Shown: positions 37,769-48,566, numbered from the stretch's first letter. The stretch is 64,000 nucleotides of DNA from an uncultured Nitrospiraceae bacterium (GCA_963706325.1 CAVPLT010000004.1:1-64000), one strand, 5' to 3'. The notes: generated by a model not told the origin, from the sequence alone. Program-made: numbers and translations.

Positions 37769-37965
37769 TTGGCTTGAGTCTGCGGGTTCACCGACCAGGT
37801 GTGAATGATGTGAGATTCGTGGAGTAATGGACTTTCAATCATTGGTAGGGGAGTCTTCCTACCCTAACGGTATTGTTGCGAACAAGAATCCCCAGTAGTC
37901 TGAAGCCATGGTGCGCGAGGGTGACAAGCACCTTGTGAGATTCAAGTTTCACATGAGGTACATCC

Positions 37966-38625
37966 ATGGATAAGCCATTCCGGAATGCTTTGCATCGCAA
38001 AGCTGGGTATGCCGCGGTTCCATTGGCCGGGTACCTGTTGTTTAGTGCCTGTTCTTTCTTGCCTAAAGGTGAACTCCATCTTGATCTTGGCATAAAAGAT
38101 CGCGGAGTCGCCTCATGGTACGGAAAGGAATTTCATGGGAAACTCGCCGCAAATGGGGAAGTCTTCGATATGACAGCGTTTACGGCTGCTCATCGCAAAT
38201 TGCCGCTAGGCAGTATAGTCCGTGTAATTAACCTAGAAAATGGGAAATTCGTTCAAGTTCGAATCAACGATCGAGGCCCTTACGTGATCGGCCGAATGTT
38301 GGATCTATCTCATGCAGCGGCTCGTGAGCTTGGTATGATAGAGGCCGGCACAACAGCCGTACAAATTGAGGTGATCGGCAACCATCGTCCGGTCGCGCCT
38401 GTCCCGGTAGGGAAAACCTCTACTGTCGCAGGACTACTGTTAACTAGTGATACCAGTCTGGTGAGACAGCGCGGTCGGCAGCAAGTAGGATTTGAGGTGC
38501 CCTCTCTTCCTGTGAGAATGAATCCAGGTGAAGCTTTATACGTGCGACGTGAACGCCGTATTGGTAGCATACTTGCCGCCGACCATACGGCTCACAATAC
38601 AGTTCCAGTGCTAATCGTTTCCTAA
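37966..38625 (+). CDS. rlpA: RlpA family lytic transglycosylase lipoprotein (core copy)
   Basis: Lipobox [28 protein letters not shown]. Confidence 0.93.
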   Translation: MDKPFRNALHRKAGYAAVPLAGYLLFSACSFLPKGELHLDLGIKDRGVASWYGKEFHGKLAANGEVFDMTAFTAAHRKLPLGSIVRVINLENGKFVQVRINDRGPYVIGRMLDLSHAAARELGMIEAGTTAVQIEVIGNHRPVAPVPVGKTSTVAGLLLTSDTSLVRQRGRQQVGFEVPSLPVRMNPGEALYVRRERRIGSILAADHTAHNTVPVLIVS

Positions 38626-38650
38626 CTCTTCGCCTACTGCGTTCCATCAG

Positions 38651-38680
38651 TTGACACTCCCGTATACACTTGATTAGACT
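38651..38680 (+). promoter_or_regulatory. Sigma70 promoter
   Basis: TTGACA-18-TAGACT. Confidence 0.55.
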
Positions 38681-38753
38681 GCCTGCTGCACGTGACGTAG
38701 GTTTGCATCGTCACTCCTATTCTCGATTTTAATTGTTGGAGGTTAAGGGCTGC

Positions 38754-38957
38754 ATGGCAAAGAAACCGACCGATGAATCAGATGAAACCAGGCTCAAAAA
38801 GAAAATCGCGGTGCGAGTGAAAGAGGAAAAGAAGCTTTCGGGAGATCCTGCGGCGCGTTCTTTACGCAAACGACTCAAGCGCGTGCAACGAAAACGCCGT
38901 GCTCTTTCGTTAAGAAAGAAACATGCAGCTGGAAAGCAACCAGAAACTAAATCTTAG
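38754..38957 (+). CDS. Small highly basic protein
   Basis: Lys/Arg-rich, 67 aa from MAKKP; SD GGAGG upstream. Confidence 0.7.
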   Translation: MAKKPTDESDETRLKKKIAVRVKEEKKLSGDPAARSLRKRLKRVQRKRRALSLRKKHAAGKQPETKS

Positions 38958-39017
38958 CAGGCTTCTGACGAGGGGCTGATCGTTACCTTCATTCTGTGCG
39001 CAACAAGGAAGATTGCT

Positions 39018-39848
39018 ATGGAACAAGCTGGTGAAAAAACAGAACAGGCCCAGGCTGCTTCCCCTGCTGGCCAGGTCACGGACGAGACCCTGACAGATCA
39101 GCTTTCAGACCAACTTGCCACCTCGTTGGATTCTACGAATGAGGGGCAGGACATCACTGATCCTATTCAGGAAGTAGCACTTGAAGAAGAACAAGTGAAG
39201 GATGAGATCGATATCCAAATCGATCTTCTCAAGGATCCTGACTGGGTGGTAAGGCGAGAGGCTGCGATTACGCTGGGAGAAATGGGTGACGAGCGTTGTG
39301 TGGAACCACTCGCCGCTGCGCTGCGAGATGGTGATTGGCAGGTTCGAGAGGTCGTGGTTGAAGGCCTCGGGCAGATCGGTTCTCCAGCGGTTGATGTATT
39401 GCTCAAGCTACTTCGCGATTGGGATGTGCGCAAATCTGCCATTATCGCATTAGGCAAGATTCGTGACGAACGGGTCCTGGAACCGTTGATGCAGCAGCTT
39501 CGTAATGATGAATTCATGGAGGATGCCACGGATGCGTTAGTCAATCTTGGTGAACCATCGTTGCCAGGTTTGATCAAGGCATTGAAGGACAAGGAAGAGT
39601 TGGTTCGAAAACAAGCAGTGATTGCGCTGGGTCGGATTAAGTCACCGGAAGCAATCGATCCGTTGATTGAAATGTTGCAAAACAAGGACTGGTTTACTCG
39701 CTTAACGGCTGCTGCCGCACTTGAGGCTATCGGCCATGAACGGGGTCGCGAGGCGATCAAGCCCCTCCTAAAAGACAGCGATATGGTGGTCAAAATGAGA
39801 GTTGAGCGGATTCTCGCCAAGTGGAAAAAGCAACCGGCCACTGTGTAA
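39018..39848 (+). CDS. HEAT repeat (PBS lyase-like) protein
   Basis: Repeated L.D.DW.VR..A...LG.I. Confidence 0.92.
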   Translation: MEQAGEKTEQAQAASPAGQVTDETLTDQLSDQLATSLDSTNEGQDITDPIQEVALEEEQVKDEIDIQIDLLKDPDWVVRREAAITLGEMGDERCVEPLAAALRDGDWQVREVVVEGLGQIGSPAVDVLLKLLRDWDVRKSAIIALGKIRDERVLEPLMQQLRNDEFMEDATDALVNLGEPSLPGLIKALKDKEELVRKQAVIALGRIKSPEAIDPLIEMLQNKDWFTRLTAAAALEAIGHERGREAIKPLLKDSDMVVKMRVERILAKWKKQPATV

Positions 39849-39856
39849 AACGAGCA

Positions 39857-40291
39857 TCATTTACGTAGGAGTCCATCCAGTTCCCTTTGAATCTCATCTA
39901 GTTTAGTGGGAGATACCTTCTTACCGAGAGAGAGCTCAAGCCGAAGTTCCCTTATTTTACCCATCAGCTCTCTGATTTGAGTCTCAGGATAGATCTGTTT
40001 TGCTCCTCTCGTAATCGTCTCCAGTGAGATCACCGCCTCGCCTAATTCCGTTGAAGCTTCGGTCGTATTTTTATTGAACAGTTCGGCTTTCGCCTGTATG
40101 ACTCGACCTTTTGCCTCTACAAGGCTTTGACGTCGGTGGAAGTCCCGCTCGATCCCAAGGGTGGTGTCCACCATATTTCGAGAAAAATCCTTCACTGTTT
40201 GCTCAAGGTTATTCGTGGGCGATGTGCCCCAGAGATAGCCGAACCAAAATGCCAGGGCGAGGAGGACCACTAGGCCAATAAACCTGAGCAT
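39857..40291 (-). CDS. Membrane-anchored hypothetical protein
   Basis: N-terminal TM then helical domain. Confidence 0.75.
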   Translation of the reverse strand: MLRFIGLVVLLALAFWFGYLWGTSPTNNLEQTVKDFSRNMVDTTLGIERDFHRRQSLVEAKGRVIQAKAELFNKNTTEASTELGEAVISLETITRGAKQIYPETQIRELMGKIRELRLELSLGKKVSPTKLDEIQRELDGLLRK

Positions 40292-40305
40292 TGCTGTTGT
40301 CAGCC

Positions 40306-41751
40306 CTAGCGGGCGCTCCCTTGTGCATCATTTCGCGACAGCACCTGAAATAGGCTTCCGGCAGAAGCGATACGCACGGCGGCATCCGAATCCTGGAGCC
40401 CCGTTTTGAGGGAAGCGATCACTGACGGCAGCCGTGATCTGCCCAGCGCGCGGGCGGCCAGAAGGCGAGGAAGTGGTTGTTGATCTTTGAGCAAGCTCTC
40501 AAGGATCGGCAGTGCATTGGGGGTCGTGGCGGCTGCCAAGGCTTGCGCCGTCCCTCCTCGAATTGACGGGTCAGGATGTCGGGCAAGATCCGCTGCATGT
40601 AGAATCGCGCCGGCGTCACCCAAGCGCAACAGAGCTTCTACTGCGCTGATACGCACATGTTCGTCTGGGTCTCGTAACAAAGGTTGGATGACGGCGCGCG
40701 TATCAGCACCTCCCAGCCGCCCAAGACTTGATGCTGCGACCGCTCGAACGCGTGGATTATCATCACCCACGGAATGTGTTAAGGGAGCGATCCCGTCGAC
40801 GCTGCCGAATTCTCCCAACGCCCCGGCTGCGAAAGCGCGAACAGCCGGATGAGGGTCATATACAGCTTGACTGAGGACCGAGATGCTTCGAGGGCGGCGC
40901 AGACGACCTAATATCCCTACTGCTGCCATTCGCACTTCAGGGTCCGGTAGCGTGACGGCGTTGGAGATATCCGTCAGTACATCCGTGCGCCCGAGTTTGT
41001 ATAGGCCGGCCAAGGCAAAAATGGATTCGGGCCCTTCATCGACTCGCGCAATTTCAGTGAGCTGATCAACAATACTGGATACTTTGGCATCACCGAGCGC
41101 ATTAATTGCGGCAATACGCACGCCGGGTGCTTCATCGCGCAGTGCCCGCTTCAGGGCCGAGGACTGTGCTGCCATGCCGCTCCGCCCAATTGCCTCACCG
41201 GCGCGGGCACGTACCAAGGCTGATGAATCCAGCAGGCCGTCCTCAAGAATCGGCAACGTGTCGCTCGCGCCCATGTCCGCCAGGGCTGTATAGGCGGCAA
41301 TGCGGATATGCTCCTGGGGATCGCGGACGCGGGCGACAACAAAACTCCGCGCGAGATCACGTAACAGTCTGACGTCGTCTGGACGGTTGGTCACGACGTG
41401 TCGAGAGTACAGTTTCCAAGCTTCCTCAGGTTTCCCCAGCTTCAAAAGGCTCATGACGGCATAACGAACCAACTCCCGGCTTGGTTCTTCGTCGGCTGGA
41501 AGGCTTTGGAGGAGCTGTAACACGCCGTCATACTCTCCGGCCTGATACCGTTTCGACGCCTGTCGCTCGAATGGGACGTGGGAAGATTTCGGCGAACTCG
41601 AGGCTCCAGTTGCCGGAACGGGAAGAATCCACGAAAGTAGAAGCAACCCGATGGGAACAGTCCATTTAGTGAAATGAGGGTGTCGCCAAGCTACGTATCC
41701 CCGGTAGATCACATTACCATTTGTTCGGGGTACGCGTGGTGGCCGGTGCAT
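40306..41751 (-). CDS. Exported HEAT repeat protein (true start probably downstream of 41714)
   Basis: Signal-like segment then ~10 HEAT repeats. Confidence 0.88.
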   Translation of the reverse strand: MHRPPRVPRTNGNVIYRGYVAWRHPHFTKWTVPIGLLLLSWILPVPATGASSSPKSSHVPFERQASKRYQAGEYDGVLQLLQSLPADEEPSRELVRYAVMSLLKLGKPEEAWKLYSRHVVTNRPDDVRLLRDLARSFVVARVRDPQEHIRIAAYTALADMGASDTLPILEDGLLDSSALVRARAGEAIGRSGMAAQSSALKRALRDEAPGVRIAAINALGDAKVSSIVDQLTEIARVDEGPESIFALAGLYKLGRTDVLTDISNAVTLPDPEVRMAAVGILGRLRRPRSISVLSQAVYDPHPAVRAFAAGALGEFGSVDGIAPLTHSVGDDNPRVRAVAASSLGRLGGADTRAVIQPLLRDPDEHVRISAVEALLRLGDAGAILHAADLARHPDPSIRGGTAQALAAATTPNALPILESLLKDQQPLPRLLAARALGRSRLPSVIASLKTGLQDSDAAVRIASAGSLFQVLSRNDAQGSAR

Positions 41752-43873
41752 ACAGTTGCCTCATGTATTCTTTGACCATCCGCTTAGTGCAGAACCGGGG
41801 AGCGATAGTCTTGATGCTTTCTTTGACGATGTGAAGCCAGCCGCGGGGAATGCCATCAAGGTCGCGTTGGTAAAACAAGGGCACGACTTCCTGTTCTAAT
41901 AGGCGGAACAATTGTTCCGCATCATGAGAGTCCTGCGCCTGCGTGTCTGATTCCTCTGCGAGGGGCTGAATGCCCCACCCATTAGCGCCGTTATACCCTT
42001 CTTGCCACCATCCATCTAAGACGCTGAGGTTTATGACCCCATTAAGCGCAGCTTTTTGACCGCTGGTTCCACTGGCCTCAAGTGGAGCCCTGGGTGTATT
42101 GAGCCAAATATCAACACCTTGGACAAGGTATTTGGCCATATGCATATCGTAGTCTTCGAGGAACGCGACATGTCCTCCGATCTTGTGATCATTGCAGTAA
42201 TTCAGGACCTCGTGGATAAAGTAACGGCCTGGTTCATCGGCCGGGTGCGCTTTCCCGGCAAACACAATTTGGACTGGGCGCCACCGATTATGGAGCAGCT
42301 GTTTGAGCCGTTCGAGGTCGCGAAACAACAGGGTTGCGCGCTTGTAGGTCGCAAACCGTCTGGCAAAACCGATGGTGAGTGCTTCTGGGTCCAGCAGGGT
42401 TCCTCTGGCGATGGCCTGCATGGGTTGAAGCTGGCCACGAATCCATCCATCGCGCGCGCGCTCGCGGATAAAGCGCATGAGTTTTCGTCTGCTGGTTTGG
42501 CGAACAGCCCACAATTCATGGTCCGGCAGGTCCGTGACGCGCTGCCAGATCGTGGGATCGTCGATTCGTTCGGCCCATTCAGGGCTGAGATATTTGGCGT
42601 AAAGGGAATTTGCCTCCGGGGAGATCCACGTCGGCGCATGAATGCCGTTCGTCACGTGCCTGATAGGAACGAGCTCCTCCGCCAAGCCGGGCCATAAGTG
42701 TTGCCACATATGGCGAGATACTCGTCCATGCTCCCGGCTGACACCATTGACATGAGCAGAAAGACGCATGGCAAGGGCTGTCATGTTGAAGCCGTGACCC
42801 GTGCTTTCTGGTGTCTCGCCGAGACGCAAAAATTCTTCCCTGGACAAGCCGATTTGACCCCAATAGTTCGCGAAATAACGGTCCATGAGGTGGAATGGAA
42901 AGATATCGTGTCCGGCGGGGACCGGGGTGTGCGTGGTGAAGACGGTGCTCTGTCGAACCAGGTCACTTGCTTCGGCATGGCTATGACCGGCGGTGACGAA
43001 TTCGCGGATTCGTTCCATCGTCAGGAAGGCTGCATGGCCTTCATTGCAGTGCCAGACAGACGGATTGATACCGAGAGCGCGGAGAACACGTACGCCGCCG
43101 ATGCCTAACAGAAACTCCTGACAGAGTCTCGTCTCTTGGTCCCCACCGTATAACCGCGCGGAGAGAGCGCGATCCTCGGGCGTATTTTCTGGCACGTCCG
43201 TATCAATGAGGAACAGTGACATGCGACCAGCGCGAACCTGCCACACGAGTACCGTGACTTGGCGATGACCGATCTCGACCTTAAAGGAGCAGGACATGCC
43301 AGCCGGCGTGATGGCATGCTGGATAGGTGAATCATGGCGATTGAAGGGTGCGTAAGTGGCTTCCTGCCAGCCCTCAGGGTTGATACGTTGCTTAAAGTAA
43401 CCCTGAGGGTACATGAACCCAATGCCGATGAGGGGGATCCCTAGATCGCTGGCTTCTTTGCAATGGTCTCCGGCCAGAATGCCAAGGCCTCCGCTGTAGA
43501 TCGGAATCGAGATATGCAATCCGAATTCTGCCGAGAAGTAAGCGATGGGAGAATTTTGAAGCGCAGGAAACTCCGTCGCTGCCCATGTTTTTTTATCGCT
43601 CAGATATTCGTCGAAGGTACGCAAAACGGCCGAATACCGACGCACAAAACTCGGATCACCGGCCAAGGTGGCGAGCCGTTCTGGTTTGACACTAGAAAGT
43701 AGCTGAACGGGATTGTGGTGAGTGAGAAACCACAGCGTGGGGTCGATGGATTCAAACAGCTGCCTTGCCGTTGGGGTCCAGCTCCACCACAAATTGCGGG
43801 CTAATTCATCCAGTCGGTGTAAATTGTGTGGAACCGTATCATGAGCGGCCTGTCCTTGATCGGGTGCTTGCAC
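41714..43873 (-). CDS. glgP: Alpha-glucan (glycogen) phosphorylase
   Basis: AYFSAEFG, YSGGLGILAGD, NEGH, EASGTSGQKA PLP-lysine motif. Confidence 0.96.
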   Translation of the reverse strand: MQAPDQGQAAHDTVPHNLHRLDELARNLWWSWTPTARQLFESIDPTLWFLTHHNPVQLLSSVKPERLATLAGDPSFVRRYSAVLRTFDEYLSDKKTWAATEFPALQNSPIAYFSAEFGLHISIPIYSGGLGILAGDHCKEASDLGIPLIGIGFMYPQGYFKQRINPEGWQEATYAPFNRHDSPIQHAITPAGMSCSFKVEIGHRQVTVLVWQVRAGRMSLFLIDTDVPENTPEDRALSARLYGGDQETRLCQEFLLGIGGVRVLRALGINPSVWHCNEGHAAFLTMERIREFVTAGHSHAEASDLVRQSTVFTTHTPVPAGHDIFPFHLMDRYFANYWGQIGLSREEFLRLGETPESTGHGFNMTALAMRLSAHVNGVSREHGRVSRHMWQHLWPGLAEELVPIRHVTNGIHAPTWISPEANSLYAKYLSPEWAERIDDPTIWQRVTDLPDHELWAVRQTSRRKLMRFIRERARDGWIRGQLQPMQAIARGTLLDPEALTIGFARRFATYKRATLLFRDLERLKQLLHNRWRPVQIVFAGKAHPADEPGRYFIHEVLNYCNDHKIGGHVAFLEDYDMHMAKYLVQGVDIWLNTPRAPLEASGTSGQKAALNGVINLSVLDGWWQEGYNGANGWGIQPLAEESDTQAQDSHDAEQLFRLLEQEVVPLFYQRDLDGIPRGWLHIVKESIKTIAPRFCTKRMVKEYMRQLYAPATTRTPNKW

Positions 43874-43941
43874 GACGCCTCCGTGGAAAATGGTCGATGG
43901 CTGAAGAAGCAGACTGGGGGGTCGTGCTTCCGAATGTTGCG

Positions 43942-44778
43942 TCAGGCATGTCCGGCTTTATGCCAGGATACCCACTGGTCAGAAAAAGCGACGGCGGCGT
44001 AGCGTTCTCCGAGGATTTTGGCGACACGATTCATGGTCGTCGTGAGTTGTTTCGCCTCCTCTTGCGTAAGGTCCTGACGAAACCGAGGATGAAGTCCCCA
44101 TCGCGTCTCGACCTCTTCTCCCTTGACACTCGACATGACACTGACGAGTTTAATATCGGTGCCGGTCGCACCCCGAGGGGCCTGGCTGGCGGAGGCTCCA
44201 CTAGGGCTCGCCGATGAGTCAGTCGCGGCCGGCGGCGCCTGCCCTTCAAAAATACCGGTAAGAGCCGGAATGACGGCGCTGATACAGAGCGTGGCGGCGG
44301 CAGTTACGGCCGGATTGCCGGTAGCTCCGACTAAGCGGGCAATGCGATCGCTGAAATCGCGATACATGTCATTCTTGGCCGGACTGTCTTCAGTGACTAG
44401 GAAACGGTAGCGCTCATAGGTCTGACGGCTTTCCGCTACCGCCGCCCCGATGGTGAGTACGATCTCTGTCTGGTCGCTGCCGACTCCGAAGGCTGGTTCC
44501 AGCGCTTTCTTGAGTAGATCGATCACTGCGTCTGTCAGTTCATCCATGAACTGAGGCTGTTCCTTGAGCGGAATGTGCAGCGTCGACACGCGATCCGCCA
44601 GGTTGAACATGACGCGTAAAAATTCCAGATAGATGGTCCACTCATCCTGGCGTTTCAGTTTTAGCGCCTGTTCCGGCACGGCACGTTTGAGCACCGATAC
44701 GGATTCACCTGCCACCGCGAGCATGAGCTCCGCGACAATTTGCAGCTGTTGAGCGAACGAAGTGTGTCTGATTGTCAT
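43942..44778 (-). CDS. Hypothetical protein
   Basis: 278-aa ORF with SD AGGGGA. Confidence 0.8.
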   Translation of the reverse strand: MTIRHTSFAQQLQIVAELMLAVAGESVSVLKRAVPEQALKLKRQDEWTIYLEFLRVMFNLADRVSTLHIPLKEQPQFMDELTDAVIDLLKKALEPAFGVGSDQTEIVLTIGAAVAESRQTYERYRFLVTEDSPAKNDMYRDFSDRIARLVGATGNPAVTAAATLCISAVIPALTGIFEGQAPPAATDSSASPSGASASQAPRGATGTDIKLVSVMSSVKGEEVETRWGLHPRFRQDLTQEEAKQLTTTMNRVAKILGERYAAVAFSDQWVSWHKAGHA

Positions 44779-44954
44779 ACAGGTCCCCTACGTGCCGGCA
44801 TTATATACAACTCGATTTCAAGGTCCAAGTGCTGATCTTTCCTGACGCAGTTAGGAGGAGCGGCGAACAGCCTCTGTCGTTGCAAGGGATGCAGTGGTAT
44901 GTTATACAGCGCGCCTCTCCCGTCATGCGCGTCACTCCAAAGACGGATGCTATC

Positions 44955-46982
44955 ATGGACCGAGACGTTATACCTTACATTCTGAAACGGACCGCGGATC
45001 AGGACATTACCCCCAAGCTCTCGCTTGATTACGCCAGAGCGCTCAACCCGCAGCAGTTTGCGGCGGTGACGGCGGGTGACGGCCCTGCGCTCGTGATCGC
45101 CGGAGCCGGCAGCGGTAAGACCCGCACACTGGTCCATCGCGTTGCCTATTTGATCGATTCCGGCGTCGATCCATCTCACATTCTTTTGCTGACCTTTACG
45201 CGGAAGTCCTCCGAGGAGATGTTGGAGCGTGTGGGGGCCTTGATTGGTTCTCGTAGTCAGCGGGTCTGCGGGGGTACGTTTCACTCGGTTGCCAATATGT
45301 TGCTCCGGCGCCATGGGCGCGTGCTCGGGATCGAGCCGGCGTTTACCATCATGGATCGTGGCGATGCAGAAGATCTTATCGCCCTGTTACGCGCCCAAAT
45401 GGGACTCAATGAAAAAGATAAGCGGTTCCCTCGCAAGGGCACTATCGCTGAAATCTACAGCAAATGCGAAAATACGTTACGCGGATTAGAGGATATTGTT
45501 CTCGAAGAGTTTTCGCATTTTGCCGACCACCTCGATGATCTTGGGAAACTGCAGCGAGCCTATCACGCGGCGAAGCGTCAACGGCAACTGCTCGACTATG
45601 ATGACTTACTCGTCCTACTGCGGGACCTGCTGACCAAAGATGAACCGACTCAGCGGGCCATTTCTCAACGATTCCGGTATATCCTCGTGGACGAATATCA
45701 GGATACCAACCGGCTGCAAGCGGAACTCATTCGAAAGTTGGCGGCCACTCACGACAATGTCATGGTGGTTGGAGATGACTCACAATCCATTTATGCGTTC
45801 CGGGGCGCGACCTTCCGGAACATTATGGAATTCCCGACTTGGTTCCCGGGCGCACACATCTATAAACTTGAAGAGAATTATCGCAGCACGCAGCCGATTC
45901 TCAGTGTGGCCAACGAAATCATTCAAGAAGCGCCGGAGAAGTATTCGAAGCATTTGTTCACACGCAAGCTGGATGGGCCATTGCCTGCACTGGTAGAAGC
46001 AGCCGGTGAAAATGCACAGTCTCGTTTTGTGGCGCAGAAAATACTCGAGTTGCGGGAAGAGGGCGTGCCGCTGAATGAAATTGCGGTGCTCTTTCGGTCC
46101 AGCTTTCACTCCTTTGATCTGGAAATCGAGCTGTCTCGCTGCGGTTTACCGTTTGTGAAGCGGGGAGGAATCAAGTTCGTCGAGGCGGCGCATGTCAAAG
46201 ATCTTCTCGCGCATTTGCGCGTAGTGGTGAATCCACAGGACGCAGTCAGCTGGCATCGTGTCCTTATGCTGGTTGAAGGTGTCGGCCCCAAGAAGGCGCA
46301 AGACTTAGTAGGAGCTATGGTGCGGACGAACGATCCGTATCAAGTATTGCGGGACAGCAGCGGCCGTTCAGGCAAAGGATTAAAGGAGCTGGCGCTGGTG
46401 CTCGAAAATCTTTCAAAGAGCGACGATCTGAGTCCGACTGAACAGGTGAACCGAATTTATGAATACTATCTCCCGATCCTGAAGGACCACCATGACGACT
46501 ATCCGAAACGGATCAGGGATCTGGACCATTTGCATACCATCGCCGAGAGTTATCCAGGCCTGACTGAGTTCCTCGCCGATCTGGCGCTGGCACCTCCCGA
46601 CGGAAGTGCGGTGGGGGTAGAGCCGTCAGGCCGAGACGATGAGCAGTTAGTGCTCTCGACGATTCATTCTGCCAAAGGGCTGGAATGGCAGTGCGTCTTT
46701 CTTCTGTGGGTTGTGGATGGGAAGTTTCCATCGGTCTTTTCGTTCAATACCGATGAGGAGTTGGAGGAGGAACGGCGGTTGTTATATGTGGCGGTAACAC
46801 GGGCCAAGCGGTACCTCTTTTTGATCTATCCAATCAATGTCTATGACAAAAGCTCGGGCATGTTGTTGTGCAAACCGTCTCGATTTCTGGACCATGTGTC
46901 TCCACGCCTGTTTGAGACCCTGGCACTGGTTGAAGAGGGCAGTTCGTACGAATGGGGAGGTGAGCGTGACCGTTTTATGTAG
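44955..46982 (+). CDS. uvrD: UvrD/Rep/PcrA family ATP-dependent DNA helicase
   Basis: AGAGSGKT, LVDEYQD, VGDDSQSIYAFRGA, ENYRS, STIHSAKGLEW, EERRLLYVAVTRAK. Confidence 0.93.
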   Translation: MDRDVIPYILKRTADQDITPKLSLDYARALNPQQFAAVTAGDGPALVIAGAGSGKTRTLVHRVAYLIDSGVDPSHILLLTFTRKSSEEMLERVGALIGSRSQRVCGGTFHSVANMLLRRHGRVLGIEPAFTIMDRGDAEDLIALLRAQMGLNEKDKRFPRKGTIAEIYSKCENTLRGLEDIVLEEFSHFADHLDDLGKLQRAYHAAKRQRQLLDYDDLLVLLRDLLTKDEPTQRAISQRFRYILVDEYQDTNRLQAELIRKLAATHDNVMVVGDDSQSIYAFRGATFRNIMEFPTWFPGAHIYKLEENYRSTQPILSVANEIIQEAPEKYSKHLFTRKLDGPLPALVEAAGENAQSRFVAQKILELREEGVPLNEIAVLFRSSFHSFDLEIELSRCGLPFVKRGGIKFVEAAHVKDLLAHLRVVVNPQDAVSWHRVLMLVEGVGPKKAQDLVGAMVRTNDPYQVLRDSSGRSGKGLKELALVLENLSKSDDLSPTEQVNRIYEYYLPILKDHHDDYPKRIRDLDHLHTIAESYPGLTEFLADLALAPPDGSAVGVEPSGRDDEQLVLSTIHSAKGLEWQCVFLLWVVDGKFPSVFSFNTDEELEEERRLLYVAVTRAKRYLFLIYPINVYDKSSGMLLCKPSRFLDHVSPRLFETLALVEEGSSYEWGGERDRFM

Positions 46983-47019
46983 GACGATCGCTCCCACCGC
47001 ATAGGTCAGCCCGCCTTCT

Positions 47020-47982
47020 ATGATCCGATTCCATCTTGGTAAAAAGATGCACATTGTGCATACATCTGTCGGTCGCCTGCGCGGAGTGATCGTCCTAATC
47101 GGGGCGGGAATGTTGCTGGGATTGTCGATGTCGGCTCTGGTGCAGGCTGATACACCGACAGCTGTTTCGGATGCCTCGCGAATGTGGTTGACTGTGGTGT
47201 CTGAAGCGAAATCCCTCGCACTTCCGACGCGGTTTCTTCAGCAAATTCCTCCGCAGTTTGTCACGTTTGAGTTTGAGGATTTGCAGGCATTTGCTGCGGA
47301 GTACCATCCGAAGGACCATCGAATGGTGCTGAATCGGTCCCTTTCCCTGAATGCAGCGGGGGGGACTCTACGGCCACTTGCGCGATTGACGCATAAAGAG
47401 CTGGAAACGCTCTACCACGAGCTGTTTCATGCCTACATGGATTTTCTTGAACAAGAGAGTGCGCCGCCCGAGGCGCATGCGTTGTTAATGGTGTTTGCTC
47501 GCGAACAACAACTGTGCCGGTATCAGCAGGTGCTCATCACGCCGGTGCTTCAAAAGAGAGAATTGAAAGAAGAGCGGTTTCTTAGTGAGGCAGAATCCTG
47601 GGAAGCTCTGAATGAGACATGGGCCGTGTTTGTGGGGTGGGCGGTGTGGACGCAGATGGAGTTGGGTAAGAAGCGGACCAAAGAGGTTCAGTCGGGAAGT
47701 AAGCCCCACTACATACCTGCGTGGCTCAAACGGTTGGAACTGGCGGAGCGGGATGCGGTCTTCAGGGGTTATTATGAACCTGAGGATCCAAATGAAAAGC
47801 TCATGGCGAGAAAGCGATTTTTGGCGCCTGAGTTTCGGCTATCGGCGCCTGAGCTGACTGTTCTGATGCGGGATGTGCTGGGCAGTTCTGCGGAATTAAT
47901 TCGTCAGGCGAGTCTGGTGCTGAGACATAGCAGTGTGAATTCCAGTGCTCAAACGACTTGCCCTGCTCCGGTCTCCCCCTAG
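47020..47982 (+). CDS. Exported protein with HExxH (zincin-like) motif
   Basis: Signal peptide, TLYHELFHAY, EALNE. Confidence 0.7.
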   Translation: MIRFHLGKKMHIVHTSVGRLRGVIVLIGAGMLLGLSMSALVQADTPTAVSDASRMWLTVVSEAKSLALPTRFLQQIPPQFVTFEFEDLQAFAAEYHPKDHRMVLNRSLSLNAAGGTLRPLARLTHKELETLYHELFHAYMDFLEQESAPPEAHALLMVFAREQQLCRYQQVLITPVLQKRELKEERFLSEAESWEALNETWAVFVGWAVWTQMELGKKRTKEVQSGSKPHYIPAWLKRLELAERDAVFRGYYEPEDPNEKLMARKRFLAPEFRLSAPELTVLMRDVLGSSAELIRQASLVLRHSSVNSSAQTTCPAPVSP

Positions 47983-48009
47983 AATTCTTCCTGCATAGAA
48001 CATACCCCC

Positions 48010-48038
48010 TTGACAATGGAACGTGTGGCAAATAAAAT
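48010..48038 (+). promoter_or_regulatory. Sigma70 promoter of the tRNA-tuf operon
   Basis: TTGACA-17-TAAAAT. Confidence 0.75.
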
Positions 48039-48213
48039 CGGCTGCTTTCAAGGCCAGGTCAATCTTCATTTCATCAGCACCCCAGCCCTGTCGTTTTGCT
48101 GGGAAGCTGTGCGTGGTGGGGCTTACTTCATTCGCCGATTCAAAGAATGAAACCGCTTCGGTTAGAGACTTGCCTGGAAGAGAAAGTCTTGATTTGAATT
48201 GGGCTTGAGAGAC

Positions 48214-48299
48214 GGGCAGGTACCCAAGTGGACAAAGGGGGCAGACTGTAAATCTGCTGCCTTATGGCTTCCAAGGTTCGAATCCTTGCCTGCCCACCA
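48214..48299 (+). tRNA. tRNA-Tyr (GTA)
   Basis: Anticodon arm GCAGA-CTGTAAA-TCTGC, long variable arm, CCA. Confidence 0.97.
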
Positions 48300-48424
48300 T
48301 ATTTGAACCGGATCGCATCTGCCTAGTCAGAATAATGATCGTGAAGGATGTGCTGTGGCGGGCGCGGACTTGTTCCAGGCAGGGTGGCCGGCAAGTCATG
48401 AAGTGTTGGTAGGTTCACCCGTGG

Positions 48425-48499
48425 GCGGGCGTAGCTCAGTGGTAGAGTTCCAGCCTTCCAAGCTGGCTGTCGTGGGTTCAAATCCCATCGCCCGCTCCA
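48425..48499 (+). tRNA. tRNA-Gly (TCC)
   Basis: CCAGC-CTTCCAA-GCTGG, CCA. Confidence 0.97.
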
Positions 48500-48566
48500 A
48501 TTGAGCGCCTTTGAGCAGGAGTACATCTACAGGGATATGGCGAGCGGATACAGATTTGAATTGATG

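Noticed and set aside
48040..48210. tRNA-Thr(TGT) expected at the head of the tuf tRNA cluster
   Set aside because: Hairpins present but no cloverleaf or T-loop.
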